Translations under genes and position numbers: made by a program
Assembly (NCBI RefSeq): GCF_001194135.2
Contig: NC_068987.1
Location: 93,393,795 to 93,457,794 of the forward strand
Direction: 5' to 3'
Source of the DNA: Octopus bimaculoides
Lineage: Eukaryota
DNA: 64,000 bases
Notes under the pieces: generated by a model
Told to the model about the DNA's origin: nothing
Seen by the model: the letters and a program-made list of their open reading frames with translations, nothing else
The model's database searches: none
Part shown: positions 24,845-37,099 of the stretch, one piece after another
Layout of the letters: every line of letters starts with the position of its first letter
Position numbering within the stretch: the first letter of the stretch is position 1

Positions 24845-26010
24845 TATTTAAATGATAACCTTCTGAAACGTTTTACAAATTTTTACAGTTCCAGTGATGG
24901 ATTGGCTCTATAATCTTCGAATTAGCTTTCTTCTTTCTGGTTTTGGGAAACCTAATTTCTCAACATTGGTATTTAGGCAGTGTGTTACATATCCCAGGGC
25001 CCCGATGATTATAGGTATAATCCTGAACTTGTAATCTGGATAGAGTAACTGTAGATTTCTCAATAGTTCTCCATAGGTGTTCTCTTTTTCACTGATCTTC
25101 AACTTAATGTTAACATCAGCTGGGCAGATAATTTCCACAACTGTGCACAATTTCTCTTCCCTCTCTCAAATATCAGGTTTGTTGTGCTTACTGGTACAGT
25201 CCACCAGTAAGCACAACAAACCTGATATTTTATTATTATGATATTTTATTATTATGAGTGGCTATGGCTTCTACCATATTGTGGGTTCTTAATTCTTTGT
25301 CCTCGGGATTATCGTTCCGACGGATTTCAGTATAGAGCGTCCAAGCTACAAAGTCATGTCTCATCGGTAGATAATACCATGATGAAATTTTCGGATAGTT
25401 GATTATGATGTGGGTGATATCTTCAGTGAGAACTCCACAAAATCTGCATCGGTTGTTACATTTTACGGCTTTTCTCGCATCTCTATCCCTTTTATGCATC
25501 AGGTACTTGGTTAATATTTCCTGTTGCTGGATAGCAAACGCATACTCTTCAAAGTGGGAGGTAGTACTCCGGCTATTGGTTCATGATAAACTGCTTTGAT
25601 GATCGATGTTACTATCACCACAGAACTTTCTGCTAACATATCTATGCATAGTCTTCTGCTCATATAGTCTCAGCCGTTCAAGTATACGTGTACAAATGAG
25701 ATGTGTAAGAAATTTTAAAATCTTGTTGTTGTCCGGAGCGCTCTAAGACTGCTGGGTGTGAGATACTACTTATTTCTCTAGGTGAGGAGATCTTTGAAAA
25801 CCTATTTTGCAGGGAACTGGATCATCATTTCTCTATTCCACAAGAATACCACTTTTTTTTCGACTCCCGAATTAAGGTAAGTGGAACCAACTTTAATGAG
25901 ATTCGAACACAGAAATATAATTGAATGATGTGAGTTATTTTATCTGCATTATACTGATTCAGGAAATCTAACCCATATCCTGCAAGCTGTGAATTTAATA
26001 CTATAAAAAT
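24845..26010 (-). mobile_element. 5'-truncated non-LTR retrotransposon with restriction-like endonuclease (R4/Dong- or NeSL-like), pseudogene
   Basis: SHFEEYAFAIQQQEILTKYL, zinc knuckle CRFCGVLTEDITHII, RHD motif (PMRHDFVA), KHNKPDI..CTVVEIICPADVN..K nuclease core, PIIIGALG, terminal SITGTVKICKTF; multiple stops and frameshifts. Confidence 0.85.
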
Positions 26011-26498
26011 ATACATGTAAAATTATATAAAGTTCTAGCTACAATAATCCAGTTGTAAATAATTTTTTTAATAATTTTATATGTTATTATTTTTATCAGA
26101 GGGTGCAAATTAATTATACATCCACATAAATATTAACTTAAATTCCTAATGTTGTCATGCACTCAAGTAACTTTAGAAATTAAATCTGAAGAAATTCGTG
26201 CGTAACAAAATATTAATAATACTTAATTTCAACTTATTTTATATCAACTAATTAACCCCCCCACCACTTTTTACATTACTCTGACCTATACAAATTATAC
26301 GAGTTATATTAACCACCAGCACGTCTATGAAAAGATAATTATTAATGCATTTAAATATTTTTCATGTATTAAATCTGAACGTTTTAAACATCGCATTACG
26401 CGTCCTCACAATATTATATATACGCTAGATAAGAATAATAGATTCTAAAGCAGTAAGAAGTCAACAAATTTATTAAAACATTAGAGAGAAGGTAAACT

Positions 26499-26551
<53 letters not shown>

Positions 26552-26923
26552 NNNNNNNNNNNNNNNNNNNNNNNNNNNNNNNNNNNNNNNNNNNNNNNNN
26601 NNNNNNNNNNNNNNNNNNNNNNNNNNNNNNNNNNNNNNNNNNNNNNNNNNNNNNNNNNNNNNNNNNNNNNNNNNNNNNNNNNNNNNNNNNNNNNNNNNNN
26701 NNNNNNNNNNNNNNNNNNNNNNNNNNNNNNNNNNNNNNNNNNNNNNNNNNNNNNNNNNNNNNNNNNNNNNNNNNNNNNNNATTTCCAGCGTCCTTAGCAA
26801 ACGGTTCTCGTCTGTAAACGATATATGTCTGCTCTTAACACCCTGCATCTGTATAAGAGAATCCCTCAAGGTTAATACCGTAGTATTGGGCCTTATAATA
26901 ATAAATCCACATTCAGTAGGACA

Positions 26924-26997
<74 letters not shown>

Positions 26998-28065
26998 TAT
27001 GTATGTATGTATGTATGTGTGTGTGAGAGAGAGAAAATTGGTGAGTGAGTCAGTGAGTGAGTGAGTGAGTGTGTATATATGTGTGTATGTGAGTGTGTAT
27101 ATATAAATTTAGTACTCAAGAAAGGTTTTTTTTATAAATACATAACGTTAAAAAGCACAGAAATATATCAGTATCAGACGAAAATCGACCATTAGCGGGG
27201 GCGGCTTTGCTAAATACGTAGTTCTGATTTGTTGAGCATTATCATATGCTAATGTCCACGGGCTTTCATAAATTATATCAATATCGGCTGATTTTCTTCT
27301 ATATCTATAAAACATGATTCCTAGAGATGAATGCCTCAGTTCAGCAGGTGTTCAGTAACATGTCTCCATTAAGCATGATGTACAAATTGCTATAGTGAAC
27401 TAATACTGCTGCCTCCATTAATAGCGGATTCATGCGTATGTTTCTGTGTATGTATCCATTCATATGTCTTTGTATGTAGGTATGCCTACACACATACATA
27501 CATACACATATATCATGTGATTAAATATAGTCCTGGCTTGATTTGCTAGATCCAAAGAAGAATGTGGCGTTTAGAAACTATGCTTTAAGTATAAGAGATG
27601 AGAAGACAGACAAGTGTTATCGACTCTTTCACATTCTCACAAATATTATATACTCCTCACATGATGCATATCATTGTTAAATATGCTGTTTCCACCATGG
27701 TTAATATCAGGAAATATGGCGTGCATACAATAATTATGATTAAACGTTTATCAAATTTCTTGGAGTTTATAGAAAGTGATTAAATGTATACTAATTCTCA
27801 AAGTAATAATACTTTTTGCCTTGGGACAGAAATTGAGGAAAACAAATTTCACATTTCGATATTTGCACTAAATATATGTCTTGTTTTTTTTTTATTAATT
27901 TAATGACCATTTCGCATTCTACTACACCAAAAACTTGTCTCCGGAAAATTGTCTAAATAGGTTTCTAATTTTCAGAAAGTTATACGATTCAAAATGGTTT
28001 ATGGGTATCAAATTCGAGTTATATCCGACCTCTCTCCCTATGTTTCTCTCTTTACCTCTCTCCCT

Positions 28066-28108
<43 letters not shown>

Positions 28109-28139
28109 NNNNNNNNNNNNNNNNNNNNNTGTGTGTGTT

Positions 28140-28260
28140 AAATTAAACGAGACAACAAAGCCAAGACTGTGTGGAATTTTCAGGACAAAGAGAAAGTTAG
28201 TCTTACAGCTGTTTCTGGGATATTAGGGATATCCTTTCAGCAGAGACGATGTGAGATTGT
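28140..28260 (-). mobile_element. Family 2 repeat with minimal hammerhead motif
   Basis: 28247-28200 minus: gtct-ctgctga-aa-ggatat-cccta-atatcc-ca-gaaac-agct-gta-agac; downstream ttgttgtctcgttt shared with the 11.6k and 54k copies. Confidence 0.7.
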
Positions 28261-28660
28261 TAAATGGAGGGAAATATCAGAGTTCAATATGAGGAGTTAT
28301 TTTTGAAAAGGAAGCAAATAAGGAGTATATAGGGAAATAGGAGAATGAATGTAGAAATAAGAATAAAAATGTATAAAGATGTTATAGTTAGACACACACA
28401 CACACACACACATGTTATAGTTACAGTTCCATTATCCAAGGAAAGTGGTGTGTAGAAGTGTGTGTCATCACAAACAGATAGTGTGGAGACCAATACCTCT
28501 CATATATGTATATACCAATACTTCTCGTATATATATATATATATGCGATACATTCAGGAGCGGAGACGAATGACAATTTTTGTAGATAATAATAATGATG
28601 GTGTTTATAAGCTTTAAGCTTACAAACATTACCAATTACAGAATATATATATATATATAT

Positions 28661-28727
<67 letters not shown>

Positions 28728-29109
28728 TGTCTGTTTGTCTGTATGTTTGTCTGTATGTATGTATGTATGTACGTATGTATGTATGTGTGTGTGTATTATG
28801 TATGTATGTATGTATGCATGCATGTGTGTGTGTATGTGCGTGGGTCAAAATGATACTAAAACGAGAAACAATGAACAAAAGACAGATAACAAGGGAACAA
28901 CAGACAATGTTTATTAGTTTGATGTTGGGTAGAAATGGAAGAAATCTTGGAGGTTTCGAGCCTGCCGACCTCTTTTACAGAACGGAATGAGAGAAAGCAC
29001 TTGCAAAAAAGATAAAGAAAAGAGAGAGAAAAAAAAAACACGTGTCCAGATTAAAGGTTTCACATGTTGAATTAACCGGGAGGAAGTGAATTGTAGGAGC
29101 ACCTAGAAT

Positions 29110-29346
29110 GTTCTCCTCTAAGGCACAAGTCCAGGCAAGGTTATTTGTGGAAGGCCAACAGTCGCCCATGCATATCAGCCTCCCTTTTCACGCCCCCTAT
29201 GTTATCCAAGGGAGAAACGAAGGCCGATACAGCTTGGCACACGCAACCATGTTACAACTCAATACTACAAGTTGAGTGAACTGGTGCAATGTGAAATAAG
29301 GTGTCTTGAACAAGAACGCAACATACAGCCTGGTCCTGAAATCGAA
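29110..29346 (-). mobile_element. SINE family B-related copy (head truncated)
   Basis: gagtgaactggtgcaatgtgaaataaggtgtcttgaacaagaacgc is shared with the 10.2k and 31.9k copies; different 3' tail (cagtcgcccatgcat..aaggcacaagtcc). Confidence 0.7.
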
Positions 29347-29367
29347 TATGTATGTGTGTGCGCGCGC

Positions 29368-29405
<38 letters not shown>

Positions 29406-29819
29406 ACCTGTGTGTGGTTGTGTGTGGGCACCTGTGTGTGTGTGTGTGCGCGAGAGAGAGAGAGCATGTATGTATATATGTATGTATGTATGCAATCAAA
29501 ATTATTATTTGAATATTTTCAAAGGAGAAATTTCAGCTGAATTGCCAATTTGCAATTAAATTTTCCTGTAGTTTTCTTTCCTATAACGAATGTTTCATTT
29601 TCTACGATGCTACATTCGTAAAATAACTACATCATGCAGTGAAGAAATATCGACAGAAATCTATAATAATGATGTTTATAGTCAACATATAAGCATTTAC
29701 TTACTTTTACATTTCTAGTTTCATTTTCTCTCTTTTTGAAATCCGGAAATGTACGTTCTTAAAGCATAAGATCACCGTATGAACAAGTACGAATGTCTTG
29801 TCGGTGTGCTTTTGTGGAA

Positions 29820-29886
<67 letters not shown>

Positions 29887-30281
29887 TGCACGTCTATGTG
29901 TGTTTGTAAGAGACAGCAGATGAATGTGCGTATATGTGTGCGCGTGTGTGGATTCCATTATGTAAAATCAACAAGGACAGTAATTTTGCTTTCAATATTT
30001 TTTTTCTTTTAGACATCAACTAGGAAAATAAAGTGAAAATATACTTTCTTAATAATGTGTATAAGCTATTATATATATTAATTTCATATCTATATGTGCA
30101 ATTTAGATTTTCTAATTGTAAATCTATCACCTACACCAATTCACATCTTTCTTTTCACACATGTATAAAGAAAAGGATTTAAATAATCTATTGGCAATGC
30201 CAATAAGATAGTCACCAAAAATGATCAAATTCCTCCAGAAGTGGAACTATAAGCAAGCTTTCCGGTTTTTCGAAATTCTAG

Positions 30282-30503
30282 TCGGTTCTCTGATACTTTT
30301 TCAAATCGACGAGTTCTAAGACTTCCAGATGTTCACATTTTGGACCTATACGTAAGTAACAGGTCGCTAAATACAGAGCAATGCAGCAACATTTGCTTAC
30401 AACTCCCAGGTTTAAAAACAATCAAAGCAGTTTCGGAATATCCTTCTCAATTTCCAGCTGAACATAAATATACAATTATCCAACCCGACAGAAATCCAGA
30501 TTC
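30282..30503 (+). CDS. Candidate coding exon, LRR-like pattern, unknown protein
   Basis: Acceptor ctttccggtttttcgaaattctag|, consensus donor TTC|gtaagt; 222 nt, phase 2-2, RFSDTFSNRRVLRLPDVHILDLYVSNRSLNTEQCSNICLQLPGLKTIKAVSEYPSQFPAEHKYTIIQPDRNPD; the frame's stop lies inside the donor. Confidence 0.45.
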
Positions 30504-31704
30504 GTAAGTATTTATAAAATGATTTCGTCCCAACTATTCACTTCAATCAATAATCTTTCAGTCCAAGGGGCTATTTCCTACATCCGAAGAATAAAACTTC
30601 ACGTCCTTGAGTTCTTTACCGAAAGGAAATTAATTTGTTAATCGTGATATCGATAAGATATGCAGCGATATTTGGTATCATTCATAGCCAGAAGACTGTC
30701 CATGACAAAATTTATTTCAAAATGATAAATCTCAAAGCAAATACATTATCCAAACGATTCAAAATCTTTATGTCTGACTCTACGCCTATTATCACATACA
30801 TCGGTATTTCCTTCTCTCAGGGACATTTTCCCATAACTATACGTCCATCTGCCTGCACTAGAGAAAAACACATATTTCTAAATCCATTATCATTATCATT
30901 GTCACTATCTTATCATTATCTGTCCTGCGTTTCACGCTAGAATAATCGCCACCACCAAAAAAAAAAAAAAGAAAAAATCACCAATGTATTGACCTCCAGT
31001 TATTACCACATTCAATGCCAGCAGTCACTCTGTAGTGATATTTTTTTCCTGCAGTGCACTAAACTTAGTATCTACCAAAAGAAATTCGGCGTTAGTAGGG
31101 ACCAAGCAACGCTCAGCTATACATTTCTCAATCTGGCGAAACAGTTATCTCATGTNNNNNNNNNNTATATAGTCTTCTTGAATTTTGATATTATATTCGG
31201 GATTTATGATCTGAGATAAACTAAAGAGCACTGTTTCACTCTATAACAGAATAAAAACAATCAAAGCAAGTATAATGAGAGATAACAAAATGTAATAGAC
31301 ATATATAACATAACAAATTTGCTACAGTAACCATATATCGTCAATAGTTCATAAATCCTAAAAATGAAGCGGACGAAGTAGATAAGAAGTTGGTTCTTTT
31401 GTAGAATCATAACAAGCATTGACATCATTTCTTTTTGAGTGAACCCCACATCATGGAAGAAAGTTGTCTAAGGAAACAGCTATCAGACTGGCAGAGAAAA
31501 ATTATTGTTCTTTTCAACAGTAAAAATTCGACTTCGGGACTGGCTTAATGGTTAACTTGACCGAGTTACCCAGGGTTAATATGACATCACGCTTTGTGAC
31601 GCTTATTGTCTACCTGAAATAGATCTTGTGAAAATGTAAATCGGCATTTCCCGAAATTTCTGCTTTTCTAGTGACCAACCTGTATTAGGAAGTTAAAGTT
31701 ATGT

Positions 31705-31808
31705 CCGGTCATAAAGTGGCCACTGGTTTCGCATCTATCAAGCGTTTAGCAAATTTTAGTCTGCTAAGCCCTTTATGGGTGCGAAACCAATGGCCACGCT
31801 ATGACCGG
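31705..31808. repeat. Imperfect palindrome/hairpin (about 49-bp arms)
   Basis: ccggtcataaagtggccactggtttcgca.. pairs with ..tgcgaaaccaatggccacgctatgaccgg; loop under 10 nt. Confidence 0.85.
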
Positions 31809-31919
31809 CCTTAATAATCAAACTTCCTGCCCGAGCCATAGGCTCTTAAGCTCGGTTCCCAAATTTTGAGTGGCACATATTCCCTACTGCATGGGAAGCC
31901 AGCCCGCGCAGTATTAATC

Positions 31920-32046
31920 ATATTTGCCAGCTGAGAGCACTGGAGCAACGAGAAATGAAGGATTTTCTCAAGAACACAACGCATCGCCTGGACAAGGGAT
32001 CGAAACCTAAATCTTTGAATCACCTTAATCATTAAGCCATGCGCCC
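31920..32046 (-). mobile_element. SINE family B 5' fragment
   Basis: Minus strand gggcgcatggcttaatgattaagg..ggtttcgatccc..gttcttgagaaa..cgttgctccagtgc: A/B boxes plus the shared core. Confidence 0.7.
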
Positions 32047-34027
32047 ACACACACACACATAGACACACAAACACACACACACAAATAGAAATATAATTAA
32101 AAACATATACATGCATGAATACATACATACACACACACACACACATACACATATATATATTTATACAGACAAATATATTTATACGATGCATATGCTACAT
32201 ACATATATAGAGCGAGAAAGAAAGAGAGGATATCTGTGTAAAAGTAAAGGAGAGAGAGATTAGGAGAGAGGTAAGTATGGAAACCATAAAGAAGAAAAAA
32301 TAAGAGAAGAAAGAAGAGTGGGATATCGTCAGAATCAAACAACTGAAGACATCATAAAAGTAAGTTTGAGAAAATAGATTCATAGAAGGAAGATCAAAGG
32401 GAATTCGCTGAGAGATTAAAAAAAAAAAGAGAAGATTACAAAAAAGAAAGGAGAAAAACAGTTTGGCATCCACTGCTAAGCGAGGAGCAGAATCGAATAA
32501 ATTTAAAATGTCATACTGTAATTCTTATTGAATATGTAATTAGTTTAGACGAATTAAGTTGGTTTGTATCCCGGGTAGGAGCGTCTAGTTTTCATATTCA
32601 TGTGTGTGTGTGTGTGTGTGTGCGTACGTGCGTGTATGTGTACATATGCATATATATATATATGTATATGTATATGTATATGTGTGTATATNNNNNNNNN
32701 NNNNNNNNNNNNNNNNNNNNNNNNNNNNNNNNNNNNNNNNNNNNNNNNNNNNNNNNNNNNNNNNNNNNNNNNNNNNNNNNNNNNNNNNNNNNNNNNNNNN
32801 NNNNNNNNNNNNNNNNNNNNNNNNNNNNNNNNNNNNNNNNNNNNNNNNNNNNNNNNNNNNNNNNNNNNNNNNNNNNNNNNNNNNNNNNNNNNNNNNNNNN
32901 NNNNNNNNNNNNNNNNNNNNNNNNNNNNNNNNATATATATATATATATATATATTTACATATACTGATGTGTATAGAGGGATGAATATATATATATATAT
33001 ATATATGAGTGTATGTGTGTTTTTATCTATATATGTATGCATATAGTATCTCTCTCTCACACTCTCTCTCTTTCTCACTTTATCAGTCTGTCTTTTTAGG
33101 TATTAATGTATATATATAATATATATATATATTGGTATTTCTAAATTAATATTTTTATTGCTGATTGACAAGAAATGTGTGCGAAAGAGATACACAAGCA
33201 TGCGTTACAAGCGTGGGGGTTAAGTGTGGCTATGTACATACATTCAAACGTGTTTATGCGTGTATATATGTGCATGTGTGTTTATGCATGCATATTGTTC
33301 AAGAGATAAGCAAATATATGGGGATTTACTTGGAAAATATAAATGGAATGCGACATGAGATAGAAATGAATGTCGTCAGCAGTCAACAGTAAAACATAAA
33401 TACAAAACAGGGAAATGCCCTGACAGTATATTGCAGTTGTTTGGTTTAAGAGTTATTCAATGGCCACAATGAGATATGTAGTTTCGGAGGGTTGATCTCG
33501 CTGGTCCACGTGTTAATAAATCAATAGCAAAATTGTATATTCCCAGTTTAATTTCGCTGCATGCGCCCTATTTCTTACTGATCCCTTCTTCCGCTTCAAT
33601 ATGGACGGCCTGGCTTTGTTACGGGTTGGGTGAACGAGAAATTGTGATGAGATGGAGAGGTTTCGCATATATAATCTTGATGTAAACAACACGCAAACGC
33701 ATATACAGACACCCACATATATATATTGTATATACGTGCGTGTGTGGTTGTGTGTTTGTATGTGTGTTTGAGTGTCTGTGTTTGTGTCTATGTATGTGGG
33801 TGCGCAAGTACATTTGTATAAATGTGTGTGTGCGTGCGTGTGTGCTTGTGTCTGTGTGTTTGAGATTCTGCGTTTGTGTCAACGTATGTGTGTATGTAAG
33901 TATACATATATGTGTGTGTGTATGTGTGTGTGTATTATTTGGGTCCACATATACACAAGTATTGTACACACACACAAGCACAAGCAGACTCACACAGACG
34001 CACGCACACATGCATATATATACATAT

Positions 34028-34080
<53 letters not shown>

Positions 34081-34479
34081 NNNNNNNNNNNNNNNNNNNN
34101 NNNNNNNNNNNNNNNNNNNNNNNNNNNNNNNNNNNNNNNNNNNNNNNNNNNNNNNNNNNNNNNNNNNNNNNNNNNNNNNNNNNNNNNNNNNNNNNNNNNN
34201 NNNNNNNNNNNNNNNNNNNNNNNNNNNNNNNNNNNNNNNNNNNNTATATATGACTACATACACTTCAATGGAACTCGCTATCGAAATTCCCTGTATATAC
34301 ATCTAGCACTACTTCGGAACAGCGAGTTGTCATTGCAATATCTGCTCTTGCACACGATAATAGTATAAATCAAAACTGACCAATTCATATCTGGTTAATG
34401 GATTTCATTTAGATGACACCGTTGTTGCTGGATGGGGATGCTGAGTGGGGCAGCTTGTGAGAGCTGCAGCACCAGCAGC

Positions 34480-34494
34480 AGGAGCAGCAGCAGC

Positions 34495-34550
<56 letters not shown>

Positions 34551-34578
34551 CAGCAGCAGTAGTAGTAGTAGTAGTAGT
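34480..34578. repeat. (CAG)n/(TAG)n microsatellite
   Basis: Directly visible. Confidence 0.95.
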
Positions 34579-35211
34579 TCTAGGGTCTTGACATCCCATG
34601 GTTTATAGTGTTATAAATGAATACAGTTGACGCTAGATGGCAAGTATTAGAGAGGCCGTCATCATAATTGTATGACTGCCACACAAGTAGAATATTGGAT
34701 TGTCCCTGTTTATATTGACAAAGACAATGCAATGAATTTCAAGGGGCTGACACATAAATTATTATGATAACTATTTGTACCTCTGTTTCTCTTTAAGTCA
34801 GTCCCTATGAATTTGAGAACGTTCGTACGGATCATTATTTTTCGTATGTCCAAGTATTTGGTTTTTCTGTGAAACAAACTTATGACAAAATTCAAAAGCA
34901 CATTGTATATCGTCCATGAACAACCTCTGTTCCGATGCCACCTACATAGAATATTTGTGATAATTAATCGCTAATCTACGGGTTTCATTAGCTAAATGCA
35001 AACAAAAACTCAGTTTTCTAATAATTCGAATAATGCGTGTCTGTCGATTATTGTTTCAAATTTGCAGCAAAGAATCTCTATTTTTGAATTGCTAAATTCA
35101 CCAAAGTTGTATATATACTTGTTTCTTAACAACGTGAAAACTGCATTTTTTTTAATGGTGATGGCATACACATATAAATTCATGCACACGCATGTGCGTG
35201 CATGTGCGTGC

Positions 35212-35262
<51 letters not shown>

Positions 35263-35585
35263 NNNNNNNNNNNNNNNNNNNNNNNNNNNNNNNNNNNNNN
35301 NNNNNNNNNNNNNNNNNNNNNNNNNNNNNNNNNNNNNNNNNNNNNNNNNNNNNNNNNNNNNNNNNNNNNNNNNNNNNNNNNNNNNNNNNNNNNNNNNNNN
35401 NNNNNNNNNNNNNNNNNNNNNNNNNNNNNNNNNNNNNNNNNNNNNNNNNNNNNNNNNNNNNNNNNNNNNNNNNNNNNNNNNNNNNNNNNNNNNNNNNNNN
35501 NNNNNNNNNNNNNNNNNNNNNNNNNNNNNNNNNNNNNNNNNNNNNNNNNNNNNNNNNNNNNNNNNNNNNNNNNNCATGTGCGTGC

Positions 35586-35639
<54 letters not shown>

Positions 35640-35841
35640 GTGCGTCGGTGTGAGAAAATATTGCAATTTGTAAAAGCACCGAGATCAACCTGTTCGTCAT
35701 TATGCATGAAGATGACAATTATGAAAAGAAACAAAATACTTCAGATGACCAAATTTAGTGAAATTACGAAAGACAACACTTCTAAAACAAAATGTAAGCT
35801 AGCTAAGTTCATTACTGGTGATAACGCTCAAAAAGTCTCTC

Positions 35842-35883
<42 letters not shown>

Positions 35884-36468
35884 ACTCTATCTCTCTCTCT
35901 CTCTCTCTCTCCCTCTATCTATCTATCTCTTCATTACATAAAAGGGAGTTCAGCCAAATTACAATAATGAATAACTTATATAGTACACCCTCCCACATGC
36001 AATGACGCACGCACAATTACACTGATGTTTGTATACACACGCAAACAATTATATGAGACGGAAATTCTCAGTGAACCCGAAGACAAGACCACAAATGGGA
36101 GATTCTCTTCTAAGACACAGTTTTAATATTTCTTCTCTCAAGGAAAGTTTCAGGGATAAACATTCATTAGCGACAACAGATAGATAGATATTTTTGAACA
36201 ATAGGATACGCCAGATAAAACTGTTCTCCTATGCGGATTTCAAAACAATTCAAAGTACTTTTTGTGAAAAAGTAAAGCGATTATTTTTGATGAATCTTCA
36301 TAAAATTAAAATACGAAGCTGCTTCCATTCTTCACATTGAATATTGTAGCGTATTTAGCTTTTAATCAGTCACAAAATTTTACTTTCAAGACCGCGCTAA
36401 TCGTTAAACCTTTGTCTTAATTTTGTTTAAGGCGTGCTGTCCTACTTAAAATTACGAAGGTATCTGCC

Positions 36469-36547
<79 letters not shown>

Positions 36548-36924
36548 TTATCTATATATATATATATATATATATATATANNNNNNNNNNNNNNNNNNNN
36601 NNNNNNNNNNNNNNNNNNNNNNNNNNNNNNNNNNNNNNNNNNNNNNNNNNNNNNNNNNNNNNNNNNNNNNNNNNNNNNNNNNNNNNNNNNNNNNNNNNNN
36701 NNNNNNNNNNNNNNNNNNNNNNNNNNNNNNNNNNNNNNNNNNNNNNNNNNNNNNNNNNNNNNNNNNNNNNNNNNNNNNNNNNNNTAGTTTACTTTTCCGC
36801 TGATGAGAAATAAAAAAAAGTACGCCACGAAGTAAGAAAAAATATTATATTTTCAGAATATAAAATGACGTGCTACTAATAGTTCCATGCATGAAGGCGG
36901 ATGCAAAAAGCTGAATGGAGAAGA

Positions 36925-37099
36925 AAGAGTAATGGTTGTGGTCAATGTGTGCAGCAGGGTTCGCCGCCACCCCCTACCGGATCCTCTTGGAGCTTTAGAT
37001 GTTTTTTGCTCAATAAACATTCGCAATGCCCGGTCTGGGAATCGAAACCGCGATCCCACAACCGCGAGTCCGCTGCCCAAAACCCTATGCCTCTACGCC
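36925..37099 (-). mobile_element. tRNA-derived SINE (family D) fragment
   Basis: Minus strand ggcgtagaggcatagggtt..cggactcgcggttgtgggatcgcggtttcgattcccagaccggg: tRNA-like head with B-box, then a non-tRNA body. Confidence 0.65.

Noticed and set aside
34412-34445. DTVVAGWGC, similar to the trypsin-family xAGWG motif
   Set aside because: Only about 9 residues followed by a stop; no catalytic His/Asp/Ser motifs nearby.
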